Of a stretch of 64,000 nt of DNA, positions 29,445 to 40,686 are shown piece by piece. The number at the start of each line of letters is the position of its first letter. Within the stretch, counting starts at the first letter, position 1. Under the pieces are notes generated by a model. It ran no database searches and had not been told where the DNA came from. It saw nothing but the letters and a program-made list of their open reading frames with translations. The position numbers and the translations under genes were made by a program. The stretch covers positions 34,555 to 98,554 of the forward strand of contig CAZXTL010000003.1 of assembly GCA_964643725.1 (NCBI GenBank). Reading direction: 5' to 3'. Source of the stretch: an uncultured Candidatus Marinamargulisbacteria bacterium (GTDB lineage Bacteria; Margulisbacteria; Riflemargulisbacteria; GWF2-35-9; DYQY01).

Positions 29445-30014
29445 ATGTCAAATAAAGAAAAATTAAAAGAAATCGCCTTAGAGCTATTCTCAACAAGAGG
29501 CTACAATGCCGTGGGAGTCCAGGATATTGTCGATAGTGTAGGAATAACCAAGCCTACATTGTATTATTATTTTGGCAACAAACAGGGCTTATTGGCTGAG
29601 GTTATTAAAAAGGATTTTGATGTTTTATTAGAAAATCTGCAATTTGCAACTGATTATAAAGGTGATTTTGTGAAATCTATCAGAAATACCATTTCTAGTT
29701 ATTTTCAGTTTTCTACTCAACATTCAATATTTTTTAGATTGTATTTAACCTTATCTTACTCGCCACAAGAAAGTGAGGCTTATCTAGTTATTCGACCTTA
29801 TAATTTGAGACTCAAAGAAACAATTACCAAATTGTTTGTAAGTGCAGTGCCTTCGAATGGTAACTTGAAAGGACACGAGGAGATGTTATCTAATGCTTTT
29901 ATCGGATTATTAAATCATTATGCTCTTGGGTTAATTAACAAGGAGCTTGAGTTTAATGAACATTTTATTTATCAAGTAAGTCAGCACTTTATGCATGGAG
30001 TGTACGCACTATAA
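29445..30014 (+). CDS. TetR/AcrR family transcriptional regulator
   Basis: ALELFSTRGY, VGITKPTLYYYFGNK HTH. Confidence 0.92.
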   Translation: MSNKEKLKEIALELFSTRGYNAVGVQDIVDSVGITKPTLYYYFGNKQGLLAEVIKKDFDVLLENLQFATDYKGDFVKSIRNTISSYFQFSTQHSIFFRLYLTLSYSPQESEAYLVIRPYNLRLKETITKLFVSAVPSNGNLKGHEEMLSNAFIGLLNHYALGLINKELEFNEHFIYQVSQHFMHGVYAL

Positions 30015-30076
30015 TTTTTTTTATTATGAGTATACTTACTGGTAGGTAACAAAATTAAGTAAAGGAGAATATTAAA

Positions 30077-31393
30077 ATGAATAAAGAACTATGTGATAAA
30101 CAAATATATCATTTGTATCCTTTGGGAGCATTAAGGAACGGAGAAGGAATTTTGTCTTTAAAGGAATGGGGAAATTACTTAAAGGAATTATCTGTTACTA
30201 CTTTGCTATTAGGTCCATTATTTCAATCAAATAATCATGGATATGATGTTACTGATTACTATAATGTAGATAAACGTTTAGGTAGTAATTCTGATTTAAC
30301 TGAAGTTGTGAGGTCATTAAGAGAACAAGGGGTAGAAGTTTATTTAGATGCTGTGTTTCATCATGTTGGGCGTGATTTTTTTGCTTTTCAAGACGTTTTG
30401 AGTAGAAGAGAGCAATCACCCTATTATTATTGGTTTTTTATTAATAAAAATGGTAACTCGCCTTTAAATGATGGCTTTGATTATCAAAGTTGGGAAGGAC
30501 ATTATGACCTTGTAAAACTAAATCTCTATAATCCTCAGGTTAAAGAATTTCTCTTTAATGCTGTTAAGTACTGGATTGAGGAGTTTGGTATTAGCGGACT
30601 ACGTTTAGATGTTGCTCATCAATTAGAGCCAGGATTTATCGCAGAGTTAAGAGATTTCTGTGAAAAAATTAATAGTAATTTCTTGCTTATTGGAGAAGCA
30701 ATACATGGTGATTATAGACAGTGGGTTAATGATACATCTATGCATTCAGTTACTAATTATGAGATTTATAAGGGGTTATATTCTAGTCATAATGATAAAA
30801 ATTATTTCGAGATAGCTTACTCATTGGAACGACAATATAATAAATCACATGGGATATATAGAAATTTATCTCTTTATAACTTTGCAGATAATCATGATAC
30901 AAGCAGAATAAGCAGTGCAATCACAAATTTAGATCATTTATATCCATTACATATTCTTCTTTACACGATACCTGGGTTTCCTTCTTTATATTATGGAAGC
31001 GAACTAGGAATGCAAGGGAAAAAAGAGAATGGAAGTGATTGGAATCTTCGCCCTTCTCTTAATATCAGTTATTGTGAAGGTCATGGAGAACAACAATCTA
31101 TTTTTAAACACATTAAAAAATTAGCTCAGATAAGAAAAAATCATAGATCAATACAGGAAGGTGATTTTAAACAATTATTTGTAAATAGTGAACAATATGG
31201 GTTTATTCGTACTCTCGGAAACGAAAAAGTAGTTATATTGGTTAATATGAGTAAAGAAAAGGTCGTTTTAAAGTCTAATACCTTTTGTCCTCAAGGAAAT
31301 TATATAGATGTTTTAAATAACAATGAGTCTGTATCTTCTAATGAACAAATTATTATATATCCAAATTGGGGGAGAGTTTTAGTTAGTGTTTGA
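30077..31393 (+). CDS. GH13 alpha-amylase/cyclomaltodextrinase family glycosidase
   Basis: HGYD, DAVFHH, GLRLDVA, GEAIH, NHDTSR, YYGSE. Confidence 0.9.
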   Translation: MNKELCDKQIYHLYPLGALRNGEGILSLKEWGNYLKELSVTTLLLGPLFQSNNHGYDVTDYYNVDKRLGSNSDLTEVVRSLREQGVEVYLDAVFHHVGRDFFAFQDVLSRREQSPYYYWFFINKNGNSPLNDGFDYQSWEGHYDLVKLNLYNPQVKEFLFNAVKYWIEEFGISGLRLDVAHQLEPGFIAELRDFCEKINSNFLLIGEAIHGDYRQWVNDTSMHSVTNYEIYKGLYSSHNDKNYFEIAYSLERQYNKSHGIYRNLSLYNFADNHDTSRISSAITNLDHLYPLHILLYTIPGFPSLYYGSELGMQGKKENGSDWNLRPSLNISYCEGHGEQQSIFKHIKKLAQIRKNHRSIQEGDFKQLFVNSEQYGFIRTLGNEKVVILVNMSKEKVVLKSNTFCPQGNYIDVLNNNESVSSNEQIIIYPNWGRVLVSV

Positions 31394-31397
31394 TAAA

Positions 31398-32021
31398 TTA
31401 ATTAACTAACTCAAAAGCACCTTTATCGATATTATAATTGTAGACATCGCCTGTTTCTATAATATAGTACCAACCATAGATGTTTAGTTTTTTCTTTTCA
31501 TATTTTTCTTTGATGTATGGGTAGGTCAAGAGGTGCTTCATTTGTTCTACTATATTAATTTGTTCAGCAAGCCATTCCTTGGCTTCTGGTGAACCATTTG
31601 GGATTTGTGCATTGACTTGTTCAACGACTTTTTCTGAAAGTTCTAACCACTTTGCTGTAGCAGGAAGCTTTTCTTTTATTTTGTCTTTAAAGAAGAGAGC
31701 AGAGCAACCTCCGCAGTTGGAATGACCACAAACCACAATGTTTTCTACATTTAGTTCTTTTATCGCAAATTCAATAGCTGCAGTTGTAGAAAGATATTCA
31801 TCTATTTGTCTAAAGGTTGGGATAAGGTTAGCAATATTTCTAATTACAAACAGTTCTCCAGGTAAGGTTTTTGTAATCATGTCAGGAACAACTCTAGAGT
31901 CAGAACAGCCAATAAATAAAGTATGAGGATTTTGTTTTTTACTTATAGCAGTAAAAAGGTCCTTATACTTTTCAAAGTCTTGTTGTTTAAATTTTACAAG
32001 TCCTTTTTGTATATTTTGCAT
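31398..32021 (-). CDS. Beta-class carbonic anhydrase
   Basis: IGCSDSRV, RNIAN, CGHSNCG. Confidence 0.94.
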   Translation of the reverse strand: MQNIQKGLVKFKQQDFEKYKDLFTAISKKQNPHTLFIGCSDSRVVPDMITKTLPGELFVIRNIANLIPTFRQIDEYLSTTAAIEFAIKELNVENIVVCGHSNCGGCSALFFKDKIKEKLPATAKWLELSEKVVEQVNAQIPNGSPEAKEWLAEQINIVEQMKHLLTYPYIKEKYEKKKLNIYGWYYIIETGDVYNYNIDKGAFELVN

Positions 32022-32059
32022 AAAAATATTTTATCATATTAATTTAGTATAAGACTAAA

Positions 32060-33868
32060 TTAATTTTTATTACTCTTTCTTCTGTCAGCGTCATTAATAA
32101 TGATTTTTCGCATTCTAAAGGATAACGGAGTAACTTCAACTAACTCGTCATTATCGATAAATGATAAGCAGTCTTCTAGAGTCATCCTTGTATGAGGTGT
32201 TAAAACTACAGCTTCATCAGTGCCTGATGCTCTTACGTTTGTTAGTTTTTTCCCTTTGGAGGCATTAACTACAATTTCGCCTTCTTTTGCATAACTTCCG
32301 ATTATTTGTCCTTGATATACTTCTACGCCAGCACCAAAGAATAGATCGCCTCTTTCTTGAAGATTAAATAAGGCATATGCAACTGTTGGTCCTGTATCTT
32401 TAACAACCATTACTCCATTTTTTCTTCCTACTATTTCACCTGAGAAAGGTGCATAACGATGAAAAATGTTGTTTATAGTTCCCATGCCTCTAGTATCCAT
32501 CATGAATTCTGCGTGATAGCCTAAGAGACCTCTAGTAGGTATATCAAACTTCATATAGCTAATCCCTTTATCAAGCTCCATATCTATCATTTGTCCTCTT
32601 TTTTGTCCAAGTTTTTCAATAACTTTCCCTTGATATTCTTCAGGAACTTCAATAAAGATAAACTCATAAGGTTCTGTCTTTTGTCCATTTTCTTCATGGT
32701 AGATAACGCTAGGTCTTGATACCTCAAATTCATAGCCTTCACGTCTCATCTTTTCAATAAGGATAGCAATATGTAATTCGCCTCTGCCTGATACTTTGTA
32801 ACCAGTTATTTCAGTAAGTTCTTCAACATGTAATGCTACATCACTTAATAATTCTCTTTCTAAACGATCTTTAATGTGTCTAGAAGTTACATAGGTTCCT
32901 TCTCTGCCTGCAAAGGGAGAAGAGTTAGGTAGGAAGTTCATTGAAATTGTAGGAGGGTCTACTTCTCTTGCTGGTAAAAACATTGGTGTATTTTTATCTG
33001 TAATAGTTTCGCCAACTTTCATTTCATCAAAGCCTGCGATAGATACAATCTCACCACAGATAGCTTCATCTATTTCGACTTTTTGGTCAGCATTAAATCT
33101 ATATATTTTAGAGATTCTGCCTGTTCTTAATATGGTGTTATTTTTTGTAACAGCAACTTCTTGATTTACAGCTACTTTTCCTGAAGTTATTTTGCCAATT
33201 GCCATTCGTCCATGGAAAGCATTGTAGTCTATAGAGCAAATCTGGAACTGGAATGGAGCTTTGACGTCGCCTTTAGGTGCAGGGATATAGTCAATAATCA
33301 TATCAAGTAAAGGTAGAATGTTTTTTCCTGGTTCAGCTAATACTTTTGTAGCCACTCCGTCTCTTGCTGAAGCATAGATAATAGGGAAATCTAAAATGTC
33401 ATCAGGTGCTTCTAGTTGTACCATTAGGTCAAATACGTGGTCTACAACCCACTCGCATCTGGCAGCAGCTTTATCTATTTTATTAACTACAACGATAACA
33501 GGAATATCTAGTGCTAATGCTTTCTTAAGAACGAAGTAAGACTGAGGCATAGGTCCTTCAGCTGCATCTACAAGGAATACGGCTCCATCCGCCATGTAAA
33601 GAACGCGTTCTACTTCTCCACCAAAATCAGCGTGTCCTGGAGTGTCTATTATGTTTATAAGATGGTTTTTGTATGAACAAGAACCGTTTTTAGACTTAAT
33701 GGTAATTCCTCTTTCTTTTTCGAGGTCCATTGAATCCATAAGACGTTCTGTCATTTTATGACGTTCGTTAAATATCCCACTTTGTTTGAATAATTCATCT
33801 ACTAATGTGGTCTTTCCATGGTCTACGTGAGCTATAATAGCTACATTTCTGATATGACTTTGTTTCAC
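32060..33868 (-). CDS. typA: Translational GTPase TypA/BipA
   Basis: [44 protein letters not shown]. Confidence 0.97.
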   Translation of the reverse strand: MKQSHIRNVAIIAHVDHGKTTLVDELFKQSGIFNERHKMTERLMDSMDLEKERGITIKSKNGSCSYKNHLINIIDTPGHADFGGEVERVLYMADGAVFLVDAAEGPMPQSYFVLKKALALDIPVIVVVNKIDKAAARCEWVVDHVFDLMVQLEAPDDILDFPIIYASARDGVATKVLAEPGKNILPLLDMIIDYIPAPKGDVKAPFQFQICSIDYNAFHGRMAIGKITSGKVAVNQEVAVTKNNTILRTGRISKIYRFNADQKVEIDEAICGEIVSIAGFDEMKVGETITDKNTPMFLPAREVDPPTISMNFLPNSSPFAGREGTYVTSRHIKDRLERELLSDVALHVEELTEITGYKVSGRGELHIAILIEKMRREGYEFEVSRPSVIYHEENGQKTEPYEFIFIEVPEEYQGKVIEKLGQKRGQMIDMELDKGISYMKFDIPTRGLLGYHAEFMMDTRGMGTINNIFHRYAPFSGEIVGRKNGVMVVKDTGPTVAYALFNLQERGDLFFGAGVEVYQGQIIGSYAKEGEIVVNASKGKKLTNVRASGTDEAVVLTPHTRMTLEDCLSFIDNDELVEVTPLSFRMRKIIINDADRRKSNKN

Positions 33869-33934
33869 TCTGACACTTCCTTTTACTGCTTTGGCCAGAG
33901 TGAATTATATTCGGAATAGTGGATAGTGGCAAAT

Positions 33935-34573
33935 CTATTGTTTGGATACCACCAGTAATAGGGCAAGAAAGTGGAAAAAAGCGCCAAAAAGTACAAAAAT
34001 GTGCCAAAAATCATGGAAGTTAAAGTATTTGTGAAAATTTGGCTTCTTAATAGTATAAATTACTCCTCCTAATGAATAAGTTATTCCACCAGCTAATAAT
34101 AGATTTATTCCTAAGCTAGGCAAATGTAGCAGGATAGGCTTTATTGCTATTACTATCATCCATCCCATTAGTACATAAATAGATGTTGTTAACCAACGTG
34201 GTGCATTAATGTAAAAAGCTTGGATGCTCATTCCTAATATAGCAAGTCCCCAAGTTATGCCAAATAGAGTCCAACCCCAAGGACCTCTAAGTGTAACTAA
34301 ACAGAATGGGGTGTAGGTTCCTGCAATAAGCGCGTAAATTGCAAGATGATCAAGCTTTCTAAAGATTTGGTATTTGCCTCCAAATCTTGTAGGGAGCCAA
34401 TGATAAATAGTGCTGAAAGTAAATAAAAGGAATAAACATGCACCATAAACTGAGAAAGACACTATCTTCCAAGCAGAGTCTAACCCTAAGATTATTAGCA
34501 TTACTGTTGCTGGTATTGCAAGCACAGCTCCTATTAAATGTAGCAAACCACTAAGTGGATCTTTAAGTCCCAT
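33935..34573 (-). CDS. Hemolysin III / PAQR family membrane protein
   Basis: STIYH, RKLDHLAIYALIAGTYTP, HDFWHIFVL. Confidence 0.92.
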   Translation of the reverse strand: MGLKDPLSGLLHLIGAVLAIPATVMLIILGLDSAWKIVSFSVYGACLFLLFTFSTIYHWLPTRFGGKYQIFRKLDHLAIYALIAGTYTPFCLVTLRGPWGWTLFGITWGLAILGMSIQAFYINAPRWLTTSIYVLMGWMIVIAIKPILLHLPSLGINLLLAGGITYSLGGVIYTIKKPNFHKYFNFHDFWHIFVLFGAFFHFLALLLVVSKQ

Positions 34574-34628
34574 AAAGTAATTATAACTTATTATGAAATT
34601 ATTTTCTTTTGATTTCGATATATTAAAG

Positions 34629-35282
34629 ATGTTAAATATTCAATATAAAATTATTTCATGTAACGAACAGAATAAGGTAAATTTACGTAAAGTTTCTGGA
34701 AGAGGCTATAGAAATGCTGTATCTGATACTCTGGATTATTTGTATCGGATACAAACTGCTAAGGATCCTCATATTCCTTTTACTAAAATGCTAACTTGGC
34801 AGAGAAAGATGGAGCGAATTCAGATAAGTAATTTTGGATGTAGGTTTAATTCAAGCTCTTTCCGAGTGCGTGCTCCATTACAAATCATTATTGGGCATTT
34901 AAAGCAGGATAATTTTTTCCCAATATATAGTAATGAAATAGTAAAGTTTTTACTTACAATTAAAGAGGTTGACTCTGATCTTTTTAATTGGGCACTGAAA
35001 ATACTTTTAGAGGATGCAGCTTTTCAGTTAAATGATGTAAATGAACTAAGGCATAACCAAGCAGTAGCTTGTAAGGGATTATTAAAAGAAATGCTGTTTA
35101 AAGTAAATCAAACAAGTGGTGAAGAATTTCAGGAATTAGTTGCATTACTGCGAAGCATTCCCCAACATCATAGTAAGGTTGGCAAGTTGATTGGGGAACT
35201 AATAGTGGATACACAAAATGCTGGTATGTTTGGACTTAGAGTTGCAATAGATCAAGCATTTAATAAGGATAGGATAAGATAG
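34629..35282 (+). CDS. Hypothetical protein (predicted helical C-half)
   Basis: Long ORF with no recognisable motif; start ATG 34629 preferred because TCGATAT lies 7 nt upstream. Confidence 0.55.
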   Translation: MLNIQYKIISCNEQNKVNLRKVSGRGYRNAVSDTLDYLYRIQTAKDPHIPFTKMLTWQRKMERIQISNFGCRFNSSSFRVRAPLQIIIGHLKQDNFFPIYSNEIVKFLLTIKEVDSDLFNWALKILLEDAAFQLNDVNELRHNQAVACKGLLKEMLFKVNQTSGEEFQELVALLRSIPQHHSKVGKLIGELIVDTQNAGMFGLRVAIDQAFNKDRIR

Positions 35283-35292
35283 ATATCCTTTT

Positions 35293-36792
35293 TTACTTAG
35301 ACATATTCTTTTTAGCTGTTTTAAATGTTGCATCTATTTTAACTGATTCAGGATAGTTGTTTTTTAATTTTGTTAGTTCGTTAAAGACTATAAGTGCTTC
35401 ATCAAAATTTTTCTTAATAAGGCAATAGTTGATTTCACCACTAAGAATTCTAGAATATTCTTCCAAGATAGCTATGTTGTCTGGATTATTTGAGAGTAGA
35501 AGTTTGAATTTTAATTTGATTGGTTCAAGGCTTAAATTGTCAGTATCTTCTGTTAATAAGGTGAAATAATTTCGATAAAGATAAGCCAAGCATGTCGGTG
35601 TAAGTTTGTGATTAGTATAATTGGATTCAACTTGAGCAATAATGAATTCAAGCGATTTTTTTTGTTTTAGTCTTGCTGCATCTAACGAGAAGTTGATAAA
35701 TGATATAAGTAAATCATTAATGTTCTTTGATGAGGCAGAGAATGTTTTATGTAACTCTAAAAGGTCTATGGTTTTTGTAATATTATTTTCTTTTCCAAAG
35801 GCTATTATTAGTTGAGGTATTTTTGGAGATAAAATTTTAATAGGTAAATCGTGTAGATTATTACTATTTTTTAATTCTAAGATATCCTTAGTAAAATTAG
35901 CATCAGTAATTATCCACTTTGTTGCGTGTGATAAATTAGATATTAGTTGCTCTTTCCAGAAAGAATTTAATGAGTTATGGTTATCGATCAAGTATTCTAT
36001 GTAATTGTTTTCATTATCAATCATTTCAATATCTTTGTTGTTTTTCCAAACTAATAGCCATCTTATTCTGGTATAAACAAGAAGAGCATGAAAGGTGTCT
36101 ATGGATAATTGGTCTATGAATAGTTCTTTAGACAAAGATTGAAGAATGAATACTACATCATTAGATTTTAGATATGCTTCACCATGCAAGCCTAAACAAC
36201 CGCAAAAGAATGCAAGGTCATAAAGTTTAGGGCCGATTGCTGCTGTTTCCCAGTCGGACAGATATAGCTGATTGTTGTTTGTTAATATATTGTGTGGATG
36301 AAGGTCTCCATGGATAAAACTTGTTTCCATATAGGGGAGGTATTTATAAAGGTGTTCTTTTAGGTACGCTATATGCTTGTCATTATTTACTTCTATGTTG
36401 GTTATGAATTGTTCAGAAACATTTGTATTTATGTTTTGTAACCCACTAAAGATGTCGGTAATGTTAGTTTCGCTAAGATTAATAGCTTCAATATCAAGTG
36501 GAGTCATCATAGGATAAAGTTCATAGATGAAATTATTTTTGATAACAAATTCCTTTATGGATAATACTACAGGAGCACCAGAATTCATTGCGATTTTAGA
36601 GGTTAATTGGTTTTTGATGACTAAATGTTCTAAGGATACTGGAGTAACCTTTAATATATAGTTTAAATGATTATTTTCAATATAAATAATTTCTGAGTCT
36701 CTAAAGAAAGAACGTAGTTGCTTTGATATTGTAGTTAGCTTTGGATTAAAACCCCAATAATCAGAAAGCAACTGTTTCTCAGTGTTTAGCAT
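35293..36792 (-). CDS. APH/choline kinase-like phosphotransferase with helical C-terminal extension
   Basis: YILK, IHGDLHPHNIL, SDWE, YDLA. Confidence 0.7.
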   Translation of the reverse strand: MLNTEKQLLSDYWGFNPKLTTISKQLRSFFRDSEIIYIENNHLNYILKVTPVSLEHLVIKNQLTSKIAMNSGAPVVLSIKEFVIKNNFIYELYPMMTPLDIEAINLSETNITDIFSGLQNINTNVSEQFITNIEVNNDKHIAYLKEHLYKYLPYMETSFIHGDLHPHNILTNNNQLYLSDWETAAIGPKLYDLAFFCGCLGLHGEAYLKSNDVVFILQSLSKELFIDQLSIDTFHALLVYTRIRWLLVWKNNKDIEMIDNENNYIEYLIDNHNSLNSFWKEQLISNLSHATKWIITDANFTKDILELKNSNNLHDLPIKILSPKIPQLIIAFGKENNITKTIDLLELHKTFSASSKNINDLLISFINFSLDAARLKQKKSLEFIIAQVESNYTNHKLTPTCLAYLYRNYFTLLTEDTDNLSLEPIKLKFKLLLSNNPDNIAILEEYSRILSGEINYCLIKKNFDEALIVFNELTKLKNNYPESVKIDATFKTAKKNMSK

Positions 36793-36825
36793 ATTATATA
36801 AATTATAACTTATCTTTTATTATAA

Positions 36826-38715
36826 TTACTGAGCAAAAGAGATTAGAGCATCTAGTTCGGCTACACTGCCTCTTTCTAAACAACATTCGATAATTTTTCT
36901 GCCTAATGGGTCTAGCTCAGGAACTAAATATTCTTTAAGCGTTTTTTCAAAGAAACTATATAGAAGTTCCTTTCCATAATCGTATGATTCTGCTCCAACC
37001 TCGTTTTGATGTTCAACATTAAAGAAATATTCAGGGATCTGAACACCTTCAACTACTACACGTGCTGGCGTGTAGCCAAGAAGCGCACAACGAGCAGGTT
37101 TTAATTGTTCTTTAGTGAATTTAGCCACACCTCGACGAGCAAAGTATTCTCTAGATATCCATTGTGGCATAAATCCTACTTCCCAACTTCCAACATGTTG
37201 ATTTGGGAAAAGTATGTATTTAGTATTTGGAGTGTTCATTATTTGTTTTAACAACAAATTAGCATGGTTAATATATTTACCAGTAGCAAATGGCCAGTAA
37301 GAGCCAACACCTTCACTAGAAAGACCTTCATCATTTAAGATGCTTGGGTTGTTGTGGCCTCTAGGAGACACAAGACGCCATAGCCAAGCAAGGGCTGGAG
37401 GAAGTAGGTGAAACATTCCCACTATTCCATAACTAGGGTTCTTTTCACTACAAAGTGGAGTTCTAATTCCAAAACTTCTAAAATCAACTTCAGCAGGAGT
37501 GTCTACGATTGATGGCATTAACTTCCTTGGTAGAATTACTCTAGGGTTTGGACAAGCTTTTCCTGGTTCATCTTGGATGTGTTCCCAAAGAAGAATTGTG
37601 GAGTTAGCAACGCCCTCAATGTTTAGAAAAAGTAGCGGTTCAGCTGGGTGTATTGTGATTTTTTCAAGGAAAGGATCAGTCCCATAATGGTTAATATGAT
37701 TTACTCTTAAAAACCAAGCGTTTTCTGCATCAGTTACAACAAGTTTTTGTTCTTGAATACTTTTTTCATTATCAACAAGTGCCATATCATCTGTTACAGG
37801 ATGAAGTGCACAAGTTTGGTTAAGCGTAACGTAGAAGGTTTTGTCTGAAATTTTATTTCTACCAAGTAGCAGTCTTCCATCGTCTTCACGGTGTGGATGC
37901 TCAAGCATTTCACTTTTTCCGCTACCACTGGCCCCTTCATGTAAGAAAGTTGTTATATTTTCATAAGGTGTAACTACTTCAACTGTAGAGGCATGTAGAG
38001 TTAACCAATTTTCTTCTTCGCCTTTTTGTAGTAAGACTCCGTAGATGCCTTTTTTTGCACTAGGACCTGGGTAAAGGTTATAAGAGAAGATTTCATGAAC
38101 TTTTTTTAATCTGTTATGTACAACGATTTGCTTACCATTATAGTGTGTGTGTCTAAATGGTGGTGCTAGATATAATATTGAATCTGGACTGAATGATTCT
38201 ATGGGGTTGTTTAAGTTAATGAATCCTTGTAAGTCAGTAAGTCCACCAACAAAGAAACCAGCATTTGCTGGTGCAATAATAATACCTGTTAACCCTGTTT
38301 GTTCTCCGCCAATATAAATACCAGCGATTAGTAAGTCTTGATTCTTTAGCCACTCAAATGTTTCTGTTCTTGTTTTGGAGAAATCTTTATTGAAAACATC
38401 TTTATATTTAGCTTTGTCAGTCAATTTGTCATCACCAACCATAAGACAGTCTGGGTCTCTTCTGCGCATATTTTTGTCAGGATAATTAATGGCTAGTCCA
38501 TTTTTGCACTTAACAACTTGTGCTTCAATAATGCTTGTACCATTAGGTAGCGTATATTCTACATTAAAGCTATCTTGTCCTCCGTTAGTTGCTAAAGCAA
38601 GAAGTTCTTCACGACTTTCTGCAATTGTTACTGAAGGTGCATTATTTAATATACTTTTAATTTCATCTTCAATTTTCCAGTTATTCCAAACATGTACCAT
38701 TATAATTTTCTCCAT
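36826..38715 (-). CDS. DUF4914 family (PEP carboxykinase-like fold) protein
   Basis: NLYPGPSAKKG, LHAS, HEGASGSGKSE, VTDD, CPNPR. Confidence 0.8.
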   Translation of the reverse strand: MEKIIMVHVWNNWKIEDEIKSILNNAPSVTIAESREELLALATNGGQDSFNVEYTLPNGTSIIEAQVVKCKNGLAINYPDKNMRRRDPDCLMVGDDKLTDKAKYKDVFNKDFSKTRTETFEWLKNQDLLIAGIYIGGEQTGLTGIIIAPANAGFFVGGLTDLQGFINLNNPIESFSPDSILYLAPPFRHTHYNGKQIVVHNRLKKVHEIFSYNLYPGPSAKKGIYGVLLQKGEEENWLTLHASTVEVVTPYENITTFLHEGASGSGKSEMLEHPHREDDGRLLLGRNKISDKTFYVTLNQTCALHPVTDDMALVDNEKSIQEQKLVVTDAENAWFLRVNHINHYGTDPFLEKITIHPAEPLLFLNIEGVANSTILLWEHIQDEPGKACPNPRVILPRKLMPSIVDTPAEVDFRSFGIRTPLCSEKNPSYGIVGMFHLLPPALAWLWRLVSPRGHNNPSILNDEGLSSEGVGSYWPFATGKYINHANLLLKQIMNTPNTKYILFPNQHVGSWEVGFMPQWISREYFARRGVAKFTKEQLKPARCALLGYTPARVVVEGVQIPEYFFNVEHQNEVGAESYDYGKELLYSFFEKTLKEYLVPELDPLGRKIIECCLERGSVAELDALISFAQ

Positions 38716-38855
38716 TCAGGTTGATAGTGCTTGATATAAGCAAGTATATTATATCGATTTTTTGGGATTTGGCTAAGAGAAATTTTGTAGTATTTAAAGT
38801 TGTTGAAGCAATACCAAACTGGAGTTTTCATAAGCTTCATAATAGAATGAGTTTA

Positions 38856-40598
38856 ATGAACTCAAAATTCTTACCAATGTGCAAAACTGACTTAGTCGAA
38901 AGAGGCTGGGATAGTGTTGATATTATCCTTGTTACTGGTGATGCTTATGTGGATCATCCTTCTTTTGCAGCTGCTATCTTAGGAAGATGGCTAGAGAAAC
39001 ACGGTTATAAGGTAGGAATCATCGCTCAACCAGACTGGCGGAAAGACGATGACTTTTTAAAGCTAGGAAGACCAAATCTATTTTTTGGAGTAACTGCAGG
39101 CAACCTAGATTCATTGATAGCTAATCGTACTTCAGATAAACGTCCACGTAGAGAAGATATGTATTCTCCAGGGGGAGTTGCAGGTAAAAGACCCGATAGA
39201 GCAGTTACGGTTTATTGTAATGCTTTAAGAAAACTTTTTAAGGATGTTCCTTTGGTTATTGGGGGTATTGAGGCTAGTTTGAGAAGAATTTCTCATTATG
39301 ATTATTGGTCAGATAGTATCAGAAGGCCAATTCTTTTTGATACCAGAGCAGAAATACTTGTTTATGGTATGGGGGAAAAGGCAATTTTGCAAATTGCAGA
39401 TAAATTGCGCAACCATCAGCCATTAGTTGATATTCCAAATACTGCGTATATATCCGATTATCTTCCAGATGATGTTGGATTAGAGCTATTTAGTTATGAA
39501 GAAGTAATGGTAGATAAAGCTAAATTTGCAGAAACACATCTAAAGTATCACCATTTTGTTGCTAGTGATAAAAAAAGTAAGGTTGTTCAGAAATGCCAGA
39601 ACAAATATCTTGTAATAGAGCCTGTAAGTCTTATTTCCACAGAAGAATTTGATTCTATTTTCGAGTTACCTTTTCTGCGGAAAGTGCATCCATCGTACAA
39701 AGAAGATGTACCTGCCTATGGTTTTGTGAAAGATTCTGTAGTTACTCATCGTGGTTGTTATGGTGGGTGTCACTTTTGTGCCTTAGGGATTCATCAAGGT
39801 AAACGTATTTTGAATCGTTCAGAGAGTTCGGTTGTTAAAGAAGTAAGCGAGGTTATTGCAGAAGATAAGGATTTTAAAGGAAACATTTTAGATCTTGGTG
39901 GACCTACTGCTAATATGTATGCTAGTAAATGTTGCGCTCCTGAACCTTGTGAGCGTCTTAGCTGTTTAGTTCCTGCTCCTTGTAAGTTTTTAAAATTAGA
40001 GCAGAAGAAGCATCTTGAATTGATTAAAAAAGTAAATTCGCTCAATGGTATTAAAAAGGTTTTCATTAATTCAGGCATTAGGTTTGATATGGCCTTAATG
40101 GATAAAGATTATGCGAAAGCGATTATCAAAGGGCATGTTAGTGGACAAATGAGTATTGCTCCAGAGCATATTTGTGATAATGTTTTGAGTTTAATGAATA
40201 AACCTAAACATAATAAATTTGAAGAATTTGAGCAGTTATTTGAAGAAACTAATAAACAAAATCATAAAGAACAGTATCTTATTCCGTATTATATATCTTC
40301 ATATCCAGGAAGTAGGTTGCAGGATATGTACGAGCTTGCCATGTATTTAAGAAGAAAGCATTTAAAGATAAAGCAAGTACAGAGTTTTATCCCAATACCA
40401 ATGACCATAGCGTCTGTTATGTATTATACAGAAAATGACCCATTCACTGGGCAAAGTATTTATGTTGCTAAAGAAGAAGAGCGCCTTTGGCAAAGGGCTT
40501 TGCTTCAGCCGTGGATAAAAACAAATCTTAATTTTCTTAAGAAAGCTTTAACTAAAATAGGAAGAATAAAAGACTTAAGTTACCTTGCTAGAGACTAG
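38856..40598 (+). CDS. YgiQ family radical SAM protein
   Basis: FLPM..., TGDAYVDHPSF, GGIEASLRR, HRGCYGGCHFC, DLGGPTANMY; start moved to ATG 38856. Confidence 0.92.
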   Translation: MNSKFLPMCKTDLVERGWDSVDIILVTGDAYVDHPSFAAAILGRWLEKHGYKVGIIAQPDWRKDDDFLKLGRPNLFFGVTAGNLDSLIANRTSDKRPRREDMYSPGGVAGKRPDRAVTVYCNALRKLFKDVPLVIGGIEASLRRISHYDYWSDSIRRPILFDTRAEILVYGMGEKAILQIADKLRNHQPLVDIPNTAYISDYLPDDVGLELFSYEEVMVDKAKFAETHLKYHHFVASDKKSKVVQKCQNKYLVIEPVSLISTEEFDSIFELPFLRKVHPSYKEDVPAYGFVKDSVVTHRGCYGGCHFCALGIHQGKRILNRSESSVVKEVSEVIAEDKDFKGNILDLGGPTANMYASKCCAPEPCERLSCLVPAPCKFLKLEQKKHLELIKKVNSLNGIKKVFINSGIRFDMALMDKDYAKAIIKGHVSGQMSIAPEHICDNVLSLMNKPKHNKFEEFEQLFEETNKQNHKEQYLIPYYISSYPGSRLQDMYELAMYLRRKHLKIKQVQSFIPIPMTIASVMYYTENDPFTGQSIYVAKEEERLWQRALLQPWIKTNLNFLKKALTKIGRIKDLSYLARD

Positions 40599-40686
40599 TC
40601 TGAAATAAAAAGCTGTACACTATCCAGTATTAAAAATAAAATACATTAAGACAAAAAGCTTGTCTATTATAGAAAGTAGGACATTT

